This document shows positions 57,772 to 64,000 of a stretch of 64,000 bases of DNA, in pieces. The stretch covers positions 6,258 through 70,257 of the forward strand of contig DAOUHQ010000007.1 of NCBI GenBank assembly GCA_034428515.1, written 5' to 3'. The position numbers and the translations under genes are program-made. Every line of letters starts with the position of its first letter. Position 1 is the first letter of the stretch. Source of the stretch: Dehalococcoidia bacterium. GTDB taxonomy: Bacteria > Chloroflexota > Dehalococcoidia > UBA6926. A model generated the notes under the pieces. That model saw nothing but the letters and a program-made list of their open reading frames with translations. It had not been told where the DNA came from and made no database searches.

Positions 57772-60639
57772 TCAGCCGAGCCGTGCCAACTGCTCTTCGA
57801 TCCGCTGCACCCGCTGCCGTGACTCTTCAAGCCGCTCCTCTTCCTTTGCTACAACCTGCGGCGGCGCCTTGGAGCGGAAACTCTCGTTCGCCAGTCGCTG
57901 CTCAAGGCCGGTGAGGCGACCCCGCATTTCTTCCAATTCCTTCGAGAGCCGAGACCGCTCCGCGTCAGCGTCCACCAGCCCGGCCAGCGGCACCATGACG
58001 GTCACGCCATCGAGGATTGCCGTCATCACGGACGCGGGATCAGGCCGCTCATCCTCGGGCGCAAGCACGCTGAAAGAGGATACGCGAGCCAATGCGCCGA
58101 TGGCTTCACGTGAATCAGTGATTGCCTCTCGCGACTCAGGCACCGCGTCGACGATTGTCTCAATCAAGCGCGAATGTTCAACGTTGCCCTCGGCGCGCGC
58201 GTTTCGGATTGCCCGCACGACGTTGATGACATCGGCAACCTCGGACTCCGCCGCGCCGTCAAAGCGCGATGTGTCCGCCTCCGGGTAGGCGCTGATCATA
58301 ATGGAATCCACGCCACGCGCCAGTTCCGGCGCGCGGGCAACGAGGCTCTGCCAGATCTCCTCCGTCACGAACGGCATGAATGGGTGGAGAAGCCGCATCG
58401 ACTGCTCCAGCATGCCGACCAGGTAGTGAACGGGCCTATCATCCCCGTTGCGAATGCGAACCTTGGCAAGCTCGATATACCAATCCGCATATTCATCCCA
58501 CAGGAAATCACGGATTATTTGCTCAGCCTGCCCAAGCTGAAAGTCCTCAAGCAGCCGGTTCACATCAGCCGTGACGCTCGCCATGCGAGAAACGATCCAC
58601 CGATCCTCACGGTGCTCCGGCGCAGGCATCTCGCTTCCAACGCGCGCGTCCGCCTGTTCCATTGACCGCACCACGAATCGGGCTGCGTTCCACAGCTTGT
58701 TTGCGAAATTGCGCCCCGCCTCCATGCGACCCGGAGTCAATGCGAGATCGTTGCCTGGCGTTGTGGCAATCGTCAGTGCCATGCGCAGCGCGTCCGTGCC
58801 GTATTCCGCGATGCTCTCGAGCGGATCGATCACGTTGCCGCGCGTCTTTGACATTTTTTGTCGTTGCGCGTCGCGCACCAGACCGTGCAGGTAGACTGTG
58901 CGGAATGGAATCTCTCCCGTGTTCTCCAGTCCCATCATGATCATCCGTGCAACCCAGAAAAACAGGATGTCGTAGCCCGTCTCCATCACGGATGTCGGAT
59001 GAAAATACGAATAGTCCTCCGCCTCGTCCGGCCATCCCAGTGTGGAGTGAGGCCAAAGACCGGACGAGAACCATGTGTCGAGCACGTCCGGGTCTTGTAG
59101 CAACGCAGCCTCACCGCATTCGGGGCAGACGGACGGATCCTCTGACGACACGATAGGGCGGGTGTCCTTTTCGGCATTCACACTGTCTGCCCGCGAAGCG
59201 ACCTCTTCATGTGAAAGGCCAAGTTGACGCAACTCCGCGTAGCTTGCCTCCCAAACCTCCTGACCGTCCGAGCCCGTCACGGCCTCTCGCAGCACGATGT
59301 TTAGGCGGGTGCCCTCGCACTCGCCGCAGAACCACGCAGGAATGCGGTGCCCCCACCAGAGCTGCCGCGAGATACACCAATCACGGATTCCGTCCATCCA
59401 ATTCAAATACGTGCCGGTGAAGCGTTCAGGAACAATGCTGATCCGTCCGTCACGCACTGCCTCCGCAGCGCGCTCGGCCAAGGGCAAAATGTCTACAAAC
59501 CATTGAATACTGAGTCGCGGCTCGATAATCGTCTGACATCGATAGCAGCGCCCCACGCGGTTCTCGTAGTCCTCCGTCTTTTCGAGGAATCCCTGCGCCT
59601 CAAGGTCCTCCACAATGCGGCGCCGCGCCTCAAAGCGGTCAAGACCCTCATACGGCCCGGCGTGCTCATTCATCACGCCATCCGAGTCGATGACTTCAAT
59701 CGCATCGAGGCTATGCCGCTGTCCGATTTCAAAGTCGTTTTGGTCGTGCGCCGGCGTCACCTTCAGCGCGCCCGTCCCGAACTCCATATCAACGTAGTCG
59801 TCGCCGACAATCGGAACCTCGCGGTCGATGAACGGCAGGCGCACCGTCGTGCCGATGGCGTCCGCGAATCGTGGGTCGTTCGTGTTCACGGCCACCGCCG
59901 TGTCGCCCAGATACGTCTCAGGCCGCGTCGTGGCAACGGTTACATGTCTGCCGGAGCCGTCCGTGTACGGGTAGTTGATGTGCCACAGCTTGCCCGCCGC
60001 GTCCTCGTACTCGGTCTCAAGGTCAGACAGGGCAGTGTGATCTGCCGGGCACCAGTTAATCATCCGCTCGCCGCGGTAGATGCGCCCCTTGTTGAACAGG
60101 TTCACAAAGGTTGCGCGCACTGCCCGTGAGGGTCCCTCGTCCAGTGTGAACCGCTCCCGAGTCCAATCGCATGACGCCCCAAGCCGACGATGCTGATTTT
60201 GAATCGCACCGCCGTACTCCCGCACCCACTCCCACACGTGCTCAAGAAAAGCTTCACGGCCTATTTCTCTGCGGTCGATGCCCTGCCCGGACAAGAAATT
60301 TTCAACGACATACTGAGTCGCGATGCCGGCGTGATCCGTGCCCGGCAGCCATAGGGTGGGGTCGCCCCGCATCCGATGCCATCGCACCAGCGCGTCCTCA
60401 ACCGTCGCCGTCAACGCATGGCCGAGGTGAAGCTGTCCCGTGACGTTCGGCGGCGGCATGATGACGACGAAAGGCTCTTTGTCTGGGTCGATCGTGGGTT
60501 GAAAATACCCGCGATCCTCCCACCACTGGTAGCGCGCCTCTTCAAAACGGGCCGGATCATAAGCAGGCGGCATCTCAGCCGCAGAGTGTGAGTCGGTCGA
60601 CATTAGCGGGCGCTCCGAAGGCTCAATGAGGCTGGACAA
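57772..60639 (-). CDS. valS: valine--tRNA ligase
   Basis: 955 aa; HIGH (PNVTGQLHLGHA) and KMSKT motifs; C-terminal coiled coil. Confidence 0.95.
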   Translation of the reverse strand: MSSLIEPSERPLMSTDSHSAAEMPPAYDPARFEEARYQWWEDRGYFQPTIDPDKEPFVVIMPPPNVTGQLHLGHALTATVEDALVRWHRMRGDPTLWLPGTDHAGIATQYVVENFLSGQGIDRREIGREAFLEHVWEWVREYGGAIQNQHRRLGASCDWTRERFTLDEGPSRAVRATFVNLFNKGRIYRGERMINWCPADHTALSDLETEYEDAAGKLWHINYPYTDGSGRHVTVATTRPETYLGDTAVAVNTNDPRFADAIGTTVRLPFIDREVPIVGDDYVDMEFGTGALKVTPAHDQNDFEIGQRHSLDAIEVIDSDGVMNEHAGPYEGLDRFEARRRIVEDLEAQGFLEKTEDYENRVGRCYRCQTIIEPRLSIQWFVDILPLAERAAEAVRDGRISIVPERFTGTYLNWMDGIRDWCISRQLWWGHRIPAWFCGECEGTRLNIVLREAVTGSDGQEVWEASYAELRQLGLSHEEVASRADSVNAEKDTRPIVSSEDPSVCPECGEAALLQDPDVLDTWFSSGLWPHSTLGWPDEAEDYSYFHPTSVMETGYDILFFWVARMIMMGLENTGEIPFRTVYLHGLVRDAQRQKMSKTRGNVIDPLESIAEYGTDALRMALTIATTPGNDLALTPGRMEAGRNFANKLWNAARFVVRSMEQADARVGSEMPAPEHREDRWIVSRMASVTADVNRLLEDFQLGQAEQIIRDFLWDEYADWYIELAKVRIRNGDDRPVHYLVGMLEQSMRLLHPFMPFVTEEIWQSLVARAPELARGVDSIMISAYPEADTSRFDGAAESEVADVINVVRAIRNARAEGNVEHSRLIETIVDAVPESREAITDSREAIGALARVSSFSVLAPEDERPDPASVMTAILDGVTVMVPLAGLVDADAERSRLSKELEEMRGRLTGLEQRLANESFRSKAPPQVVAKEEERLEESRQRVQRIEEQLARLG

Positions 60640-60689
60640 TTGGAGAGTCGATTCATAGCAGCTTCTATTGTAGCGAATGGGTGTCGTGA

Positions 60690-61325
60690 CTAACCCGCCG
60701 CCTGCCCCGTCACCGCGAGCGCCCGTTCATAGTCCTCGGGGCTATTCATGTTCACGATAACGATAGGGTCTGCAAACTCGACCCTGTTGACGCGGTCTGG
60801 GTCTCGCTCCGTGATTTCACGTAAGCCGCGCTTCGCCTCCGTAATCGCCTCAATCTCCGACCGCAGCGAAGAATTCATCACGGGCGGATGCCCTTCGATG
60901 CCGCCGTGCCACGGGTACGTGATCGGCAGCCCTCCCGCGTGATGCGCCTCCACCAGCATGTCCGTGATGTGCGCAGACTTCGGCGAGTCCATCGCGAGAA
61001 AGATCCAGTCCGTGGCGCGTGGGTCAGCGGCTGCCAACCCGGCCAGCACCGACGTCGTCTTGCCGCGTTCATAGTCCGGGTTCTCAATGATCTTGTAGAC
61101 AGGCACTCGTTCCAACGACTCGGGCAGAAGTGGCCGATAGTCCTCGGCTTCCTCGCCAAGGACAACGATCAGCTCGTCGACGCCCGAAAGCCCGCCCTGT
61201 TCCACCTGGTACGTCAGCAAGTCCTTGCCCATCCAAGGCAGGGTCTGCTTGGGTCGCCCCATGCGTGATGAACTGCCTGCGGCGAGAATAACCAGGGAAA
61301 CGAAAGGGGTACCCGTTCCGGTCAC
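60690..61325 (-). CDS. MobA-like NTP transferase (molybdenum cofactor nucleotidyltransferase-like)
   Basis: 211 aa; LILAAGSSSRMGRPKQ N-terminal motif. Confidence 0.6.
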   Translation of the reverse strand: MTGTGTPFVSLVILAAGSSSRMGRPKQTLPWMGKDLLTYQVEQGGLSGVDELIVVLGEEAEDYRPLLPESLERVPVYKIIENPDYERGKTTSVLAGLAAADPRATDWIFLAMDSPKSAHITDMLVEAHHAGGLPITYPWHGGIEGHPPVMNSSLRSEIEAITEAKRGLREITERDPDRVNRVEFADPIVIVNMNSPEDYERALAVTGQAAG

Positions 61326-61341
61326 GCGAGTTCCTCGTTGA

Positions 61342-62553
61342 TCACCCGGTGAGTAGGGTGCACACGCGATCCAGCACGGTGTCCGCCACCTCGCGCTTCG
61401 ACATCAGCGGCAGGTCTTCCTGGCCGCCGGACTTGTCAAGGATGACAACGCGATTCGTATCAACCGCAAACCCCGCGTCCGTCGCCGAAACGTCATTGGC
61501 GACAATCATGTCCAGCTTTTTGCCCTCCAGCTTGGCGCGGGCATTATTGAGCAGGTCCTCCGTCTCGGCGGCAAAGCCGACCTTGATGCCGGGCAGGCCG
61601 CTCACTTGCGCGAGGATATCCGGCGTCTTTTTCATATCGATGGTTAGAATGTCTTGCCCCTCGACCTTCTTCATCTTCTGGCCCGCCGCCGTCACGGGCT
61701 CCCAGTCGGCAACGGCCGCCGCCATAACAAGCGCGTCCGCCGCGTCGTTCAGCGCATCTGAAACGGCAACAAGCATCTGGCGCGCGCTCTCCACCTTTAC
61801 CACCTTGACGCCCGGAGGGTTGGCCAGGCTCGCCGCGCTCACTAGCGTTACGCGCGCGCCCCGATCACGCGCCGCCTCCGCGAACGCGTAGCCCTGCTTG
61901 CCGGATGAGCGATTCGTGACGACTCGAACGGGATCAATCGGCTCCTGTGTGCCGCCCGCCGATACGACGATGTGCCGCCCTGCGAGGTCCTGATCAGCGG
62001 AAAGCATGCCCGCGAGCGCATCGAGAATATCCGTAGTCTCGACGAGCCGACCGCTGCCAACCGCGCCGGAGGCAAGTCGGCCCTCATTGGGACCGGCGAA
62101 TTCAAAGCCGCTCTCTCTCAACGACGCCACATTCGCCTGCGTGGCAGTGTTCGCCCACATGTGGTGCTCCATCGCAGGCGCGATGAGAACGGGGGCTTCC
62201 GTCGCGAGAACGATGGTCGAAAGCGCGTCATCCGCCAAGCCGTGTGCCAGCTTGGCCATCACGTTCGCCGTTGCGGGCGCGATGACGATAGCATCCGCCT
62301 CACGCGCAATCTCCACGTGTTCAAGGGGATCCTCAGAGTTCGCGTCAAACAGGTCGGTTATCACGAGGCGGTGTGTCAGGGAACGGAACGTGAGCGGTGT
62401 GATGAACTCCTGCGCGGAGTAAGTCAGCACAACGTCAACAAGGGCCCCGGCCTGCATCAGCTTGGAGGCGATGTCTGCCGCCTTATAGCTGGCAATGCTG
62501 CCGGATACACCCAGCACGATTCGCTTACCGGCTATCGCGTCTGCCCCACTCAT
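61342..62553 (-). CDS. coaBC: bifunctional phosphopantothenoylcysteine decarboxylase / phosphopantothenate-cysteine ligase
   Basis: 403 aa; flavoprotein N-domain and DFP C-domain. Confidence 0.9.
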   Translation of the reverse strand: MSGADAIAGKRIVLGVSGSIASYKAADIASKLMQAGALVDVVLTYSAQEFITPLTFRSLTHRLVITDLFDANSEDPLEHVEIAREADAIVIAPATANVMAKLAHGLADDALSTIVLATEAPVLIAPAMEHHMWANTATQANVASLRESGFEFAGPNEGRLASGAVGSGRLVETTDILDALAGMLSADQDLAGRHIVVSAGGTQEPIDPVRVVTNRSSGKQGYAFAEAARDRGARVTLVSAASLANPPGVKVVKVESARQMLVAVSDALNDAADALVMAAAVADWEPVTAAGQKMKKVEGQDILTIDMKKTPDILAQVSGLPGIKVGFAAETEDLLNNARAKLEGKKLDMIVANDVSATDAGFAVDTNRVVILDKSGGQEDLPLMSKREVADTVLDRVCTLLTG

Positions 62554-62566
62554 CTCCTACCTTCTC

Positions 62567-62655
62567 ACTCCGTCAGTCCCGCTTCACTCCGCCAGTCCCG
62601 CCTCACTCCGCCAGTCCCGCGTAACTCCGTCATTCCCGCGAAGGCGGGAACCTCA
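62567..62655. repeat. tandem array (4 x ~19 nt CTCACTCCGYCAGTCCCGC) ending in REP-like palindrome variant A
   Basis: ctcactccgtcagtcccg / cttcactccgccagtcccg / cctcactccgccagtcccg / cgtaactccgtcattcccgcgaaggcgggaac. Confidence 0.55.
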
Positions 62656-62672
62656 ACCGTGATTTGCTCAGT

Positions 62673-63440
62673 CTACTCTTGGTTAAGCTCCCAGATCAGC
62701 CGCAACCCCTGCAGTGTCAGATCCGGCTCCAGCTTGTCGATGGAGTCCGTCTTCTCGGCAATTGTCTCAACGAGCCCGCCCGTCGCAATCACCTTCGCCT
62801 CAGAACCAATCTCGGCGCGAATTCGCATGATCAGGCTCTCCATCAACCCAACATACCCGTACATCAACCCGGAGCGCATCGCCTGATCCGTGTCGCGTCC
62901 TATGACGTGATCCGGAAACACCGGCTCGATAGGCGGCAGTTGTGCCGCCCGTGCTGTAAGAGCTTCGGAGGCTAACGAGATGCCCGGCGCTATGACGCCG
63001 CCGACAAATATTCCACCACCTGTCACAACGTCAAACGTGGTGGCAGTGCCAAAGTCGACCACGATGGCCGGCCCGCCGTATAGCCCGTATGCCGCCGCCG
63101 CGTTCACAATCCTGTCCGTTCCGACGCCGTCCGGCTTATCCACGTCCAGCCGCACGCCACGATCCTCTGCTTCCTTGACGTCCAACGCCGTGACGCCAAA
63201 CGTGTCGGCCGCTGCCCGTTCCAACATCGTCGTCAGAGGGGGCACCACGGAGCAGAAAACGATGCCGCTGATGTCCTGCTCGCGTATCCCGTGCTGGGCC
63301 AACGACTCGCAGATCATGGATGCAGCAGTCGCCGGGGATGTACTCTCCTTCGTGGGTACGCGGTCAGACGCCACAATCCGCTCCCCGTCAAATGCGGCAA
63401 GCTTCATGTTCGTGTTCCCGATATCAACGGCCAACAGCAT
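62673..63440 (-). CDS. coaX: type III pantothenate kinase
   Basis: 255 aa; MLLAVDIGNTNMK start. Confidence 0.85.
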   Translation of the reverse strand: MLLAVDIGNTNMKLAAFDGERIVASDRVPTKESTSPATAASMICESLAQHGIREQDISGIVFCSVVPPLTTMLERAAADTFGVTALDVKEAEDRGVRLDVDKPDGVGTDRIVNAAAAYGLYGGPAIVVDFGTATTFDVVTGGGIFVGGVIAPGISLASEALTARAAQLPPIEPVFPDHVIGRDTDQAMRSGLMYGYVGLMESLIMRIRAEIGSEAKVIATGGLVETIAEKTDSIDKLEPDLTLQGLRLIWELNQE

Positions 63441-63555
63441 TCGCTACTCGGCTCCCTGCTATAGTTGCCTTCCAATTAACACACGCAATTATACGCGCGG
63501 GACTTTCCATAGTGACCGCCCCTCTGAAACAATCTGAGGAAAAGGAGTTAAACAC

Positions 63556-64000
63556 ATGACCAACCCAATACGCACAATCCTTGTCATCGGCGCAACAGGC
63601 AACCAGGGCGGTGGTCTCGTCGGCCACCTGCTTTCCTCCAAGGACTGGCACGTGCGCGGCCTGACCCGCTCACCCCAGGGTGAGAAGGCGCAAGCGCTTG
63701 CCGCGCGGGGTGTGGAGATTATCGAGGGAGACATGGACGATGTTGCGTCGATTGATGCCGCAATGGAGGGCGCATACGGTGTCTTCTCTGTCCAGTCACA
63801 GGCCGCCGAAGACGATCCACAACTTGAGATGCGGCAGGGCGTCGCCGTGGCGGACGCTGCCGTCAGGGCAGGCGTAAGCCACCTCGTCTATACCGCCTCA
63901 TGTGGAGCCAAAGAGCCCGACCGTGGTGTTTCCTATTGGGACGCCAAACGCGACATCATGGCCCACATCCGCCAACTCGGCATCCGGTACACTATCCTCC
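63556..64000 (+). CDS. NmrA-family NAD(P)-binding protein (partial, continues beyond window)
   Basis: ATG at 63556; Rossmann motif VIGATGNQGG. Confidence 0.7.
   Translation, partial: MTNPIRTILVIGATGNQGGGLVGHLLSSKDWHVRGLTRSPQGEKAQALAARGVEIIEGDMDDVASIDAAMEGAYGVFSVQSQAAEDDPQLEMRQGVAVADAAVRAGVSHLVYTASCGAKEPDRGVSYWDAKRDIMAHIRQLGIRYTIL

Noticed and set aside
58174-60129. Plus-strand ORFs of 163 and 260 aa
   Set aside because: Antisense to valS.
1-64000. CRISPR arrays, prophage or integrase-bearing island
   Set aside because: No regularly spaced direct repeats with unique spacers. The only recombinase is a chromosomal-type xerD-like gene. The tRNA-Arg islet lacks an integrase.

Overview
High-GC (~63%) bacterial chromosomal window. 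It is densely coded, many genes overlap by 4 nt, and most long ORFs that overlap each other on opposite strands are GC-driven artefacts. The ORF track appears to print M for GTG/TTG as well as ATG, so several starts were re-placed by eye.

Backbone gene families recognised by motif (left to right):
- A partial M16 peptidase and two MBL-fold hydrolases.
- lysA and holB.
- A trp operon on the minus strand, ordered trpE-trpG-(MFS transporter)-trpD, then trpC-trpF-trpB. It is preceded by a Trp T-box riboswitch with an intrinsic terminator. No trpA is present.
- A secreted FN3-like protein, thpR, an amidohydrolase, a DUF362 protein and an EcsC-family protein.
- A selenium-associated block: a GrdB/PrdB-family selenoprotein with an in-frame TGA, two tandem paralogous unknowns, and an orphan xanthine-dehydrogenase-family molybdenum subunit.
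- A lipid-metabolism block: an alpha/beta hydrolase, a hotdog-fold dehydratase pair, plsX and fabG.
- A cyclase-family protein, Hsp20, a NUDIX hydrolase, mfd, fabF, recJ, lgt and a xerD-like recombinase.
- uvrC, two crotonases, a second NUDIX hydrolase, an MDR-family reductase and dut.
- A rhodanese whose catalytic Cys codon is TGA (candidate selenocysteine), divergent from a sulfite-oxidase-like molybdenum enzyme.
- mgtE, folB, a rhomboid protease and a CoA-transferase.
- A low-GC islet at tRNA-Arg(TCT): two cargo genes (a lipoprotein and a NucS-like PD-(D/E)xK nuclease), a pseudo-tRNA and a duplicated CoA-transferase 3' fragment.
- hpt, a VOC-family protein, valS, a mobA-like gene, coaBC, coaX and a partial NmrA-like gene.

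Also present: a dispersed family of ~40-bp REP-like palindromic elements (6 copies, 2 of them with tandem left-arm arrays) and a bipartite ~57-nt direct repeat flanking fabF-recJ.

The two independent in-frame TGA codons are the most interesting signals. Each is followed at +10 to +12 nt by a short hairpin with a GGC apex.
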